A DNA stretch of 64,000 nucleotides from Octopus vulgaris (lineage: Eukaryota): positions 30,566,001-30,630,000 of the forward strand of contig OX597838.1 of NCBI GenBank assembly GCA_951406725.2. Direction: 5' to 3'. The position numbers and the translations under genes were made by a program. Under the pieces are notes generated by a model. That model did not search any database and was not told the DNA's origin. It worked only from the letters and a program-made list of their open reading frames with translations. This document shows, one piece after another, positions 52,856-64,000 of this stretch. The number at the start of each line of letters is the position of its first letter. The first letter of the stretch is position 1.

Positions 52856-53704
52856 ACCATTTGTTTCCTATTTTGTTTTGACCCTAGGGTTTCTAATACA
52901 ATGGGAGTGGAGACAGATATATTTAGTTTCTTGTATTTGCTATAGTTATTGTTGCTAATAACCCACCCGTATTTGTCTTCATTGTCAACGCTTTTCTCTT
53001 AAGACATAAATAGTAATATCGACCTCGGCCAGATTTTTAAAATAAGAAAGATCTTACTCAAAACAACACTCAGTGAGGGCGAAGAGAGGACTTCATGATT
53101 GTGGAGCTAATTAGGTAACTATGAACAGCTCTAATACATAATGAGTGGTGTAAAGATCCAGACCGTTGTATAACGGTTTCAATACTCTATTGAATATTCT
53201 TTTCCCTTCATTGTGATATGAATATTCTTGAGAGATTGAAAAACTTAACAATGTCTGGTTTCTATTTCTCTCTCTTTTAAAACTCAGAGAGAAACCTTTG
53301 TATAAAATGATGACGAAACCAAAAGAAGTGAAGAGAGAGAGAAACTGTAGTGTTCCGGATTAAAGGTTATATAGTATTTACATTCCGTTAGCTTCTTAGT
53401 TGTTGTTTCTGATCAAACAGACATATAATTAAAGTATGTCAGCCATGACTCTCTCATCTTATCAAACAATCCATCTAAGTCTTCAGTGTCCAGTGGCCTC
53501 CCCTCTTATTTCTCTTCCAATTCATATTTAGTGAGTCTTAAAGTGTTTGATCCTAGATTTACGAACTGGTCACTGATATATGACAACACGTGATAAGGCG
53601 GCATCTTTGATAAAAAATGTAGGGCGCGCTGTTGGTCTTTTTGAAGTTGATGCAAATATATCAACGTCTATTCCTATAAAAGTATAAGTCAAAAAGTAAG
53701 CCCA

Positions 53705-53777
53705 AGGTTCCAGCGAGTTTCGAACTCACGACCTTCTGCGTGTTAAGCAGATGTGATAACCACTACACCATGGAACT
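53705..53777 (-). tRNA. tRNA-Val(AAC), A1:C72 mismatch
   Basis: Full length. Confidence 0.8.
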
Positions 53778-54327
53778 AGTTGATAGTCTGTTATCAAATA
53801 TTGCTTTATATAAAAAAAGTTGTGGGTTGTACAGAGTTTAATGGTTATTTACTTTAAGAAAAGACAGTGGAATCTTAGAAATGGTAAATTAACAAGAAAA
53901 AATTAGTTATATTTATTTCAATTCAGGTTTCGAACCCTGGTGGAGTTGACTTTAACCCTGGTGGAGTTGACTCAGGGTATCATAAAATATTGGTAAAATA
54001 TTAGTTCTTTTGGTCAAATGTACATCGAGTTTATCACCTGGGCTCTTTTTAGAAATGTCTGTCTGTGTGTCAATGTGAGAGATGAAAATTAAAAGACAGT
54101 TCAATATTTATTACGATCAATAATTACCAATAGAACAGGTCATTATCGTATTGACCCCTGAGGATACAGAATAGAAAGTGGACTGCAGCAGGATTCGAAA
54201 TGCTAAGCTCTCCTTCTTAAGGTACTATTTTTGATACTCCAGTGTGTTTTGAAAGCTAACTCTACGTTAAAATCTGCACAAAATACCTGTGTATGACAAA
54301 ACAATATCTGATAGAACGGAAGCATCT

Positions 54328-54400
54328 GGTTCCATGGTGTAGTGGTTATCACATCTGCTTAACACGCAGAAGGTCGTGAGTTCGAAACTCGCTGGAACCT
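54328..54400 (+). tRNA. tRNA-Val(AAC)
   Basis: Consensus body. Confidence 0.92.
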
Positions 54401-55132
54401 AATTGTTTTATATATTATTTGCATTTAGTGCCACCACCCTCATTACTGTTGGTGAGGCAAGGGTTGCTTTTTCTCACCGACTTGAACTTGGCATACCAAT
54501 CATGAGTGGTTCTTTCAGCTATGGAACCCTCTCCGTACACAACACAAATGTCGCGAGCAGCGTTTGCGGCATTAGAACCTTGACTAAAAGCAAAAAGAAG
54601 GAGGTCGAAAATGCTCGTTTTTCTTAACTTGGCATTTCATTTTAATGATCTGGAAATAAACAATAATTAACTAAAATTAATTAGAAAAAAAAAAAAAGTA
54701 TTTAGTTATATTTATTTATAGTGAGGGTTTCGAATCCTGTTAGAGCTCACTGTACCTTCCATGTATTCAGGAGATTATAAAATATTGGTCACTTCTTTTG
54801 GTCAATTGTACATAGAGTACATCCACTGGGCTCTCTTTAGAAATATCTGTCTGTGTGTCAATGCTAGAGAGAAGATATTGAGAGATCAATATTTATTTTA
54901 TCAATATTTATTGCAAAGATCAATAATTATCAATAGATCAGGTCATTATTGTATAAACCCTCAATGCATAAAATGGAAAGTGAACACAACTAGGATTCGA
55001 AACCCTATACAATTTTTGTTAATTCACCGTTTCTGATACACCAATGCGCATTGAAAGCTGCTCCAACATTAACTTGTGTATAAGATACAACTTGTGTATG
55101 ATAAAACAATATTTGAGAACGCTCAATCATCT

Positions 55133-55176
55133 GGTTCCATGGTGTAGTGGTTATCACATCTGCTTAACACGCAGAA
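55133..55176 (+). pseudogene. tRNA-Val(AAC) 5'-half fragment
   Basis: Perfect through the anticodon arm, then unrelated sequence. Confidence 0.8.
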
Positions 55177-55312
55177 CCCACCTGATAATCCTTGCTGTCT
55201 CTAAGTGACAAAGTTTCTTTGAGAACTCCACAGCGCATTCTATTCCAGTCTCCTTCATCCATTTGTCTATATTTTTGCTTACTGTTCTCAACGCACCGAT
55301 TATTATTATTAT

Positions 55313-55385
55313 TATTCCATGGTGTAGTGGTTATCACATCTTCTTCACAAGCAGAAGTTCGTGAGTTCGAAACTCGCTGGAATCT
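55313..55385 (+). pseudogene. tRNA-Val(CAC) probable pseudogene
   Basis: G1G2 lost to (TTA)n; G30U and C38A. Confidence 0.7.
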
Positions 55386-56136
55386 CAAGATGTTTTTTAT
55401 TTTATTAACATTGGGGGCTTCTAATTTTACGAGAGTGGGGATTGATATATAATTAATTTGTTGTATTTCCTACAGTTATTAGTGCCAATACCCGTCCCGT
55501 ATTTGTCTTCATCGTAGGCTATGAAGCTGGTGTTACTTATGGTGTTGTAACTGTTACCATTTCTGTGATCTCTTCTGTTGTATGGTGGTAGAGAAAACGG
55601 ATCTTTTCTGTTGCCGTAACAGTTTTTTGAAATGTAAAATTGAGAGAAAATATCCAGATTTGGTCCATTGATGTCATTTTTCACATTGAACCTGATGTTG
55701 TTATTCACTTATTCCAGAAAAATTTTAGAAAAATATTACATTTATAGGATGTTGCCAATATTTTTGTTGTCGACGAAATTTTGCAATGTCTCACTGAATG
55801 GATAAAAGGTGTTTAGTTATGTCCCTTTGTGTCGTCCGTTGTTGTTTTTGGCGGTGGTGGCGGTGGTGGTGGGGCGGCAGATCAATTACATCAACACTCG
55901 GTTTCCACCCACAGTACATATTTCATCAACACCCAAGGGATGCATGGCAAAATTCACGTCTTTGAAATTTGATCTCAGAACCCAAAGCGCCAAGATTAAC
56001 GCCAATTTAGCAGTTTCTTCGACACAGTAACAATTCGCTTTACTGTCCTATGTAATAAAGCTAACAACAACAAGAACAAGAAGATAGAGCGGATGGTTGC
56101 GTCCAAAACAAGTAAACAAAGCCAAAAAGAAATCTT

Positions 56137-56209
56137 AGGTTCCAGCGAGTTTCGAACTCACGACCTTCTGCGTGTTAAGCAGATGTGATAACCACTACAC
56201 CATGGAACC
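56137..56209 (-). tRNA. tRNA-Val(AAC)
   Basis: Consensus body; chimeric flanks. Confidence 0.92.
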
Positions 56210-56758
56210 AGTTGACAGCATTTTATCAGATCTTGTTTTATATAAAGAAGTTGTGGGTTGTAGTACAGCGTTTAATGGTGATTTACTTTAAGAAAAGACA
56301 ATGAAATCTCAGAAATGGTAAATTAACAAGAAAAAATTAGTTATATTTATTTTCAATTCAGGGTTCGAATCCTTCTGGAGTTGACTTTCACCTCCACGTA
56401 CTCAGGGTATCATAAAATATTGGTAAAATATTGGTTGTTTTGGTCAAATGTACATCGAGTTTATCAACTGGGCTCTTTTTAGAAATATCTGTCTGTGTGT
56501 CAATGTGAGAGATGAAAATTAAAAGACAGTTCAATATTTATTAAGATCAATAATTACCAATAGAACAGGTCATTATTGTATTGACCCCAGAGGACACAGA
56601 ATAGAAAGCGAACTGCAGCAGGATTCGAAATGCTAAGCTCTTCTTGTTAATGTAACCATTTTTGATACTCCACTGTGTTTTGAAAGCTAACTCTACATTA
56701 AACTCTGCACAAAATACTTGCGTATGACAAAACAATATCTGATAGAGCGACAGCATCT

Positions 56759-56831
56759 GGTTCCATGGTGTAGTGGTTATCACATCTGCTTAACACGCAG
56801 AAGGTCGTGAGTTCGAAACTCGCTGGAACCT
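56759..56831 (+). tRNA. tRNA-Val(AAC)
   Basis: Consensus body. Confidence 0.92.
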
Positions 56832-57604
56832 GACTGTTTTATATTTTATTTGTATTTAGTGCCACCACCCTCATTACTGTTGGTGAGGCAAGGGTTGCTT
56901 TTTCTCACCGACTTGAACTTGGCATACCAATCACGAGCGGTTCTTTCAGCCATGGCACCATCTCCGTACACAGCACAAATGTCGCGAGCAGCCTTTGCGG
57001 CCTTAGAACCTTGACTAAAAGCAAAAAGAGAGGTGTCGAAAATGCTCGTTTTTCTTAACTTGGCATTCCATTTTAATGATCTGGAAATAAATAAAAATTA
57101 ACTAAAATTAACTAGAAAAAAAAAAAGATTCCAAAATGATTCAAAAATAGAACTCTTGATAAAATTAAATTCCAAAATTAAAAAAAAACGGTGGGAAATT
57201 AGTTGCCAACACAATATATGACTCATTTGAAATATGGGGCGAAATATCAGTAACTTATTCGTGTATAACACTGGAACCTAACACTTTTAAAGTCATAAAT
57301 TGCAATAGTAAAGCTGGACATATGTCAAATAAGAAATTAGAGAGAAGTATTCAAATGGCGTGAGATAAATGATTTTCCCAAGATGACATTCAGTGAAGTC
57401 AAAAATGGGATCTCATGATTGCGAAGCCAACGATATAACTTATAGACTGGCTGAGCGTACAACAAGGGGTGTAAAGATCTAGATCCATCACAGCAATAAC
57501 TGAGACAAAAGGCCGTGTACTACAAGAACAACATCAGAATTGCCAGTATCATGGGGTTGAATGCGGTAGAACCTTGTACAAGCAAAGGAAAAAAAAGTAT
57601 AATT

Positions 57605-57677
57605 AGGTTCCAGTGAGTTTCGAACTCACGACCTTCTGCGTGTTAAGCAGATGTGATATCCACTACACCCTGGAACC
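57605..57677 (-). tRNA. tRNA-Val(AAC), U8G, at a locus that is CAC in its paralogs
   Basis: Full length; invariant U8 mutated. Confidence 0.72.
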
Positions 57678-58280
57678 AGTCGGCAGCATGCCCAAATGTT
57701 GCTTTAACATATTCAAATGGTATCTTATTCACGTTTAAAGTTGATTTACCTTTAAAAATTCAGTGGAATATCCAAAATGGTGGTGGTGGTGGTTTTATTA
57801 CATTGAATTGCACAGCGGTGTTTGCGGGTAGAATTGTTAGTGTGTCGAAGAAAACGCTAAATGGCGTTGCTTCTGGCGCTTTGTGTTCTGAGTTCAAATT
57901 TCGCGGACGTCAACAATGCCATGCATCCTTTCGGGGTCGACAAAGTAAATACAGTGGGTAGAAACCTGGTATGGAAGTAATTGCACTGCCACCACCACCA
58001 CCACCACTACCATCCTGCGATCATTAATGCAACACACTGACCACCAAGCCAAGCGATTCCATGACGTTAAAATACGTACCCGTAATATACTGTGGTCAGT
58101 GTTTATCTATTGTATTCTCTTTAGAAATATCTGTCCGTGTCAATGTTAGAGACAGATATTAAAGATCAATAATTACCGATTGAACAGGCCATTATTTTTT
58201 ATATCCCGGAAGGTATAAAACGCAAAGTGAACATCAACAGGATTTGAATAGACATAATATAATATATATGATAAATATAA

Positions 58281-58672
58281 TCTCTCTATATATAAAGCTG
58301 AAGTTGTCTGTGTATGGCAGGTTTGGTAGCCTTCGACTAACACTATCTCCTCCGAGACCCTGCGGCGCAAGTTGACCGAAATTGAGAGTATGATAGAAGA
58401 AGGCTTGCTCTTCATTCCGTAGAAGATAAAATTCAAATCGGACCATGTTAACACCAAAAATTATTTACATCAAAAAGGTGCTTTTTTTCTATGAAAATCC
58501 CTATTTTTTACGATTTTTTGACTGCTGTGTCGCCATTTTTCGGTGTATTTCAACCAGGAAAATGTTCACTTAAAGAGAATAACAAGCTACATAATGCAAA
58601 ACTTTTACTTTTCAAAAATTCCAATTCTAAAGGGTCGAAACAAACCCGAGCAACGCCGGGCGATACAGCTAG
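58281..58672 (+). mobile_element. Non-autonomous Helitron
   Basis: A|TCTCTCTATATATAAAG...CCCGAGCAACGCCGGG hairpin...CTAG|T. Confidence 0.75.
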
Positions 58673-58832
58673 TAGATATATAAGGTAGAAGCAGATAGAA
58701 ATGGATAGAAATAGATATAACCAAATACTTTTTCTTAATCTACCGTTTCTGATCCTTTTAAAGACAAATCAACAATGAACTGTGTTTTACATCTCATATA
58801 AGATAAGCAAAATAATCAAGTTGCTGACAGGT

Positions 58833-58905
58833 GGTCCCATGGTGTAGAGGTTATCACGTCTGCTTCACACGCAGAAGGTCGCGAGTTCGAAACTCGCTGG
58901 AATCT
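58833..58905 (+). tRNA. tRNA-Val(CAC) variant
   Basis: Full length; C4:A69, G2:U71. Confidence 0.72.
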
Positions 58906-59492
58906 GTAATCCGTTGATTTTTTAAAAAATTTCTTTTTCCCCGCCAAAGATATCATTTAATTTCGAATCTTGCAGGAGTTCACTTCACCGTTCATGCGTT
59001 CAGGAATATAAAAATAACGCCGAGTTCTATTCATAATTATTGACCATCTCAATAAATATTGATTTTTCTCAGTATTTATCTTTACCGTTGTTGATGTTGC
59101 TGCTGCTGCTGTTGTTGTTGTTGCTGCTGCTGCTGCTGCTGTTGTTGTTGTTGTTGTTGCTGCTGCTTCTGCTGCTTCTGCGGCTGCCGCCGCTGCTAAT
59201 TATTTCTTTAAAATTATTTACTTGTAGATATTAGCACCACCACCATAATAGTTTCTATTGCAATTGCTGTTGTTTGCAGAACGTTTTATTGTCGTTGTTT
59301 TTACTGAGGTAGGGCGTGTTTGGATTGGCAACGATCTCAGCTAATGGACATAATTTAACACAAGCAGGTATTTAGTCTGTCACATTAAAATTTATTGGCA
59401 GAGAAAGGCCATGAATTTCAGCGAGGACGGCCAGTCGATTACACCGACCCCACTGCTCGACCCCGAAAAGATGAAAGGCAAAGTCATCCTCG

Positions 59493-59530
59493 GTGTAAAG
59501 CAGATGTAATAACCACTACACAATGGAACC
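59493..59530 (-). pseudogene. tRNA-Val(TAC) 5'-half at a deletion junction
   Basis: SINE sequence fused directly to GTGTAAAGCAG; compare intact 44940-45163. Confidence 0.75.
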
Positions 59531-59617
59531 ACCTGTTTTCTGTAAATACAATAAACTAATGACATCAATGCCTAACCCAATAAAATCATTAACCTCAGGA
59601 GATGAAAAAGAAAAGCT

Positions 59618-59690
59618 AGGTTCCAGCGAGTTTCAAACTCACGACCTTCTACGTGTAAAGCAGATGTGATAACCACTACACCATGGAACC
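59618..59690 (-). tRNA. tRNA-Val(TAC), C56U, probably defective B box
   Basis: T loop TTTGA. Confidence 0.65.
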
Positions 59691-60204
59691 AACTGCTGCT
59701 TCTAGCGCAAAAAGTTTTCTTATCATATATAAGTGAAATCGATCCGGAGAACTAGCTATACAACAATGGAGTGTTCTATTATAGAATGAGGGGTGGAAAG
59801 CCCATGGAACGAAACCGTCGTTGGTACATCATGAGCAACTATAAAGCTTGCTTTCCTGCTTTCAGTGATGTTAAAATATATACCAGTAATTATCTGTGAC
59901 TAGAGTTTATCCACTGAACTCTCTTTAGAAATATCTGTCTGTGAGTCAAAGTTAGAGATGAAGAGTGAGAGAAGACCAAATATCTATTGCAAAGACCAAC
60001 AATTGCGAATGGAACTGGTCCTTATAAACCCCTAAATACATAAAATGGAAAGAGAACTCGAGCAGGATTCGAAAACCTAAATACTTTTTGTTAATTCACC
60101 GTTCCTGATTCCCCGCAGTGTTTTGAAAGCTACCTCGACATTAAACTCTGCGCAAGTTACAACTAATCTATGATAAAACAATATTTGAAGATATCCAAGC
60201 ATCT

Positions 60205-60277
60205 GGTTCCATGGTGTAGTGGTTATCACATCTGCTTAACACGCAGAAAGTTGTGAGTTCGAAACTCGCTGGAACCT
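60205..60277 (+). tRNA. tRNA-Val(AAC), variable-loop variant
   Basis: Full length, stems intact. Confidence 0.83.
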
Positions 60278-61626
60278 AATTGCTTTACATTTTGCTAGTA
60301 TATAATCATTTCTATTCTAGGCACAAGGCCCGAAATTTTGGTGGAAGGGTCAAGTCAATTAGATCGACTCCAGTATGCAACTGGTACTTAATTTATCGAC
60401 CCCGAAAGGATTAAAGGCAAAGTCGACCTCGGCGGAATTTGAACTCAGAACGTATAGACAGACAAAATATCTATTTCTTTACTACCCACAAGGGGCTAAA
60501 CATAGAGAGGACAAACAAGGACAGACAAACGGGTTAAGTCGATTATATTGACCCCAGTGCGTAACTGGAACTTATTTAATCAACCCCGAAAGGATGAAAG
60601 GCAAAGTCGACCTCGTCGGAACATGAAGTCAGACCGTAGCGGCAGACGAAATACCGCAAAGCATTTCGCCCGGCGTGCTAACAATTCTGCCAGCTCGCCG
60701 CCATATTTTGCTAGTACATAATACCACCACCTACATTACAGTTGGTATTGCAAACGCTGTTGTTGTCGGCGACGTTCGGTTCCAGTTGTTGTTGTTGTTG
60801 TTGTTACTATTGTGTTGTAGGGTGGGCCCTCTCTGCCGTCACCACCGATGTGGACGGACAGACTCAGCGATATATTAAAATTTGACATTGGAAAATTTGT
60901 CAGTAGAGACAATTGGTTTCAAATTTGTGTACAAGGCCAGCAATTTCAGTGGGAGGAGATAAGTCGCTTACATCAACCACAATGCTCAACTGGTATGTAT
61001 TTTATCACACCCGGCGGAATTTGAACTCAGAACGTAAAGACGGACGAAATGCCGTGAAGCTTCTTACCCAGGGTGCTAACGAATCTGCGAAACTGTATAA
61101 CGGTTTCAATACTCTATTGAATATTCTTTTCCCTTCATTGTGATATGAATATTCTTGAGAGATTGAAAAACTTAACAATCTCTGGTTTCTATTTCTCTCT
61201 CTTTTAAAACTCAGAGAGAAACCTTTGTATGAAATGACGATGAAACCAAAAAAAGTAAAGAGAGAGAAACTGTAGTGCTCCGGATTAAAGGTTCTCTAGT
61301 ATTTACATTCCGTTAGATTCCTAGTTGTTGTTTCTGATCAAACAGACATATAATTAAAGTATGTCAGCCATGACCATCTCATCTTATCAAACAATCCACC
61401 CAAGACTTCAGTATCCAGTGGCCACCACTCTTATTTCTCTTCCAATTCATATTTAGTGAGTCTTAAAGTGTTTGATCTTAGATTTACGACCTGGTCACTG
61501 ATATGTGACATGTGATAAGGCGACATCTTCGATCAAAAATGTTGGGCGCGCTGCTGTCGTTTTTGAAGTTGATGCAAATATATCAACGTCTATTCATATA
61601 AAAGAATAACTCAAAAAGTAAACCTT

Positions 61627-61699
61627 AGGTTCCAGCGAGTTTCGAACTCACGACCTTCTGCGTGTTAAGCAGATGTGATAACCACTACACCATGGAACC
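61627..61699 (-). tRNA. tRNA-Val(AAC)
   Basis: Consensus body. Confidence 0.92.
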
Positions 61700-62246
61700 A
61701 GTTGATAATAATTTATCAACTTTTGCTTTATATAAAAAAAAGTTGTGGGTTGTACAGGGTTTAATGGTTATTTACTTTAAGAAAAGGGAGTGGAATCTCA
61801 GAAATGGTAAATTAACAACAAAAATTAGTTATATTTATTTTCAATTCAGGTTTCAAACCCTGGAGGAGTTGACTTTAACCTCCACGTACTCAGGGTATCA
61901 TAAAATATTGGTAAAATATTGGTTCTTTTGGTCAAATGTACATCGAGTTTATCACCTGGGCTCTTTTTAGAAATATCTGTCTGTGTGTCAATGTGAGAGA
62001 TGAAAATTAAAAGACAGTTCAATATTTATTACGATCAATAATTACCAATAGAACAGGTCATTATAGTATTGACCCCTGAGGATACAGAATAGAAAGTGGA
62101 CTGCAGCAAGATTCGAAATGCTAAGCTCTCCTTGTTAATGTAACCATTTTTGATACTCCACTGTGTTTTGAAAGCTAACTCTGCGTTAAAATCTGCACAA
62201 AATACTTGTGTATGACAAAACAATATCTGATAGAAGGACAGCATCT

Positions 62247-62319
62247 GGTTCCATGGTGTAGTGGTTATCACATCTGCTTAACACGCAGAAGGTCGTGAGT
62301 TCGAAACTCGCTGGAACCT
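62247..62319 (+). tRNA. tRNA-Val(AAC)
   Basis: Consensus body. Confidence 0.92.
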
Positions 62320-63083
62320 AATTGTTTTATACATTATTTGCATTTAGTGCCACCACCCTCATTACTGTTGGTGAGGCAAGGGTTGCTTTTTCTCACCGAC
62401 TTGAACTTGGCATACCAATCACGAGCGGTTCTTTCAGCTATGGCATCCTCTCCATACACAGCACAAATGTCGCGAGCAGCTTTTGCAGCCTTAGAACCTT
62501 GATTAAAGGTGTCGAAAATGCTCGTTTCTCTTAACTTGTCATTCCATTTTAATGATCTGGAAATAAACTAAAATTAACTAAAATTAACTAAAATTAACTA
62601 GAAAAAAAAGATTCCAAAATGATTCAAAAATAGAATTCTTGAAAAAAATAAATTCCAAAATTTAATAAAACGGTGGGAAATTAGTTGCCAACTATTTTGA
62701 CTCATTTGAAATATGGGGCGAAATATCAGAAACTTATTCGTGTATATCACTGGAACCTAACACTTTTAAAGTCATAAATTGCAATAGTAAAGCTGGACAT
62801 ATGTCAAATAAGAAATTAGAGGGAAGTATTCAAATGGAGTGAGATAAATGATTTTCCCAAGATGACATTCAATGAAGTCGAAAATGGGATCTCATGATTG
62901 CGAAGCCAACGATATAACTTATAGATTGGCTGAGCGTATAATAAGGGGTGTAAAGATCTAGACCCATCACAGCAATAACTGAGACAAAAGGTCGTGTACT
63001 ACAAGAACAACATCAACATTTCCAGTATCATGGGGTTGAATGCGGTAGAACCTTGTACAAGCAAAGAAAAAGAAAGTATAATT

Positions 63084-63156
63084 AGGTTCCAGTGAGTTTC
63101 GAACTCACGACCTTCTGCGTGTGAAGCAGATGTGATAACCACTACACCATGGAACC
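63084..63156 (-). tRNA. tRNA-Val(CAC)
   Basis: Full length, U50:A64. Confidence 0.92.
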
Positions 63157-63714
63157 AGTCGGTAACGAAACCCAAATGTTTCTTTAACAAATACAAATGG
63201 TAACTTATACACAGTTTACAGTTGATTTACTTATAAAAAGACAGTGGAATATAAGAAATGGTAATTTAAGAAGTATTTAGTTATATTTATTTATAGTGAG
63301 GGTTTCGAATCCTGTTGGCGTTCACTGCACCTTCCATGTATTCAGATTATAAAATATTGGTCACTTCTTTTGGTGAAATGTACATAGAGTACATCCACTG
63401 GGCTCTCTTTAGAAATATCTGTCTGTGTGTCAATGCTAGAGAGAAGATATTGAGAGAAGATCAATATTCATTTTATCAATATTTATTGCAAAGATCAATA
63501 ATTATCAATAGATCAGGTCATTATTGTATAAACCCTCAATGCATAAAATGGAAAGTGAACACAACTAGGATTCGAAACCCTATACAATTTTTGTTAATTC
63601 ACCGTTCCTGATACACCACTGTGCATTGAAAGCTGTGTACAAGATACAACTTAAATTGTGTGCAAGATACAACTTGTGTATGATAAAACAATATTTGAGA
63701 ACGGTGATGCATCC

Positions 63715-63787
63715 GGTTCCATGGTGTAGTGGTTATCACATCTGCTTAACACGCAGAAGGTCGTGAGTTCGAAACTCGCTGGAACCT
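63715..63787 (+). tRNA. tRNA-Val(AAC)
   Basis: Consensus body. Confidence 0.92.
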
Positions 63788-64000
63788 GACTTTGGTCTAT
63801 ATATTTTGCTCGTACATTAACTCACCGATAGAATTACTGCTGGTACTGCAAGGTGTTCTGTTCCAGTGTTTGTGGCGCTCCACCACCCGGCCGCCACCAA
63901 TGAATATAATTAAACGCAGCCATGAATTAGAGTTTTCCACTTTGAAATTTCTCGTTCGAGACACTCAACATCGATTTCAGATTTTTGCACGAGTTCAGCA

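Noticed and set aside
36679-63196. Recurrent ORFs with WFHGVVVITSALHAEGREFETRWN or VPWCSGYHICLTRRRS, resembling a peptide family
   Set aside because: Translations of the tRNA-Val body and its duplicated flanks

Overview
Eukaryotic, AT- and microsatellite-rich non-coding DNA. The tRNA-derived SINE families and microsatellite load suggest an octopod cephalopod (inference). No intact protein-coding gene is supported; the ORF track is almost all microsatellite, SINE, tRNA-antisense or decayed-transposon translation. Bases 1-14 kb hold microsatellites, SINEs, LINE relics (CR1-like, CRE-like), a DD37D transposase relic and a candidate Penelope-type minimal hammerhead ribozyme. From ~14 kb to the end lies a tRNA-Val cluster. 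By manual count it has 60 full-length copies plus 1 split copy (20 AAC, 31 TAC, 10 CAC) and about ten decayed relics. All share one GGTTCCA...TGGAACC body and differ mainly at anticodon position 34, and nearly all encode U, not the usual A, at discriminator 73. The genes sit in head-to-head pairs around a conserved quasi-palindromic ~0.5 kb spacer, in nested direct and inverted segmental duplications with breakpoints often inside tRNA genes, and in a young 17-copy ~168-bp tandem array of an acceptor-stem variant. Coordinates and counts were read by eye.
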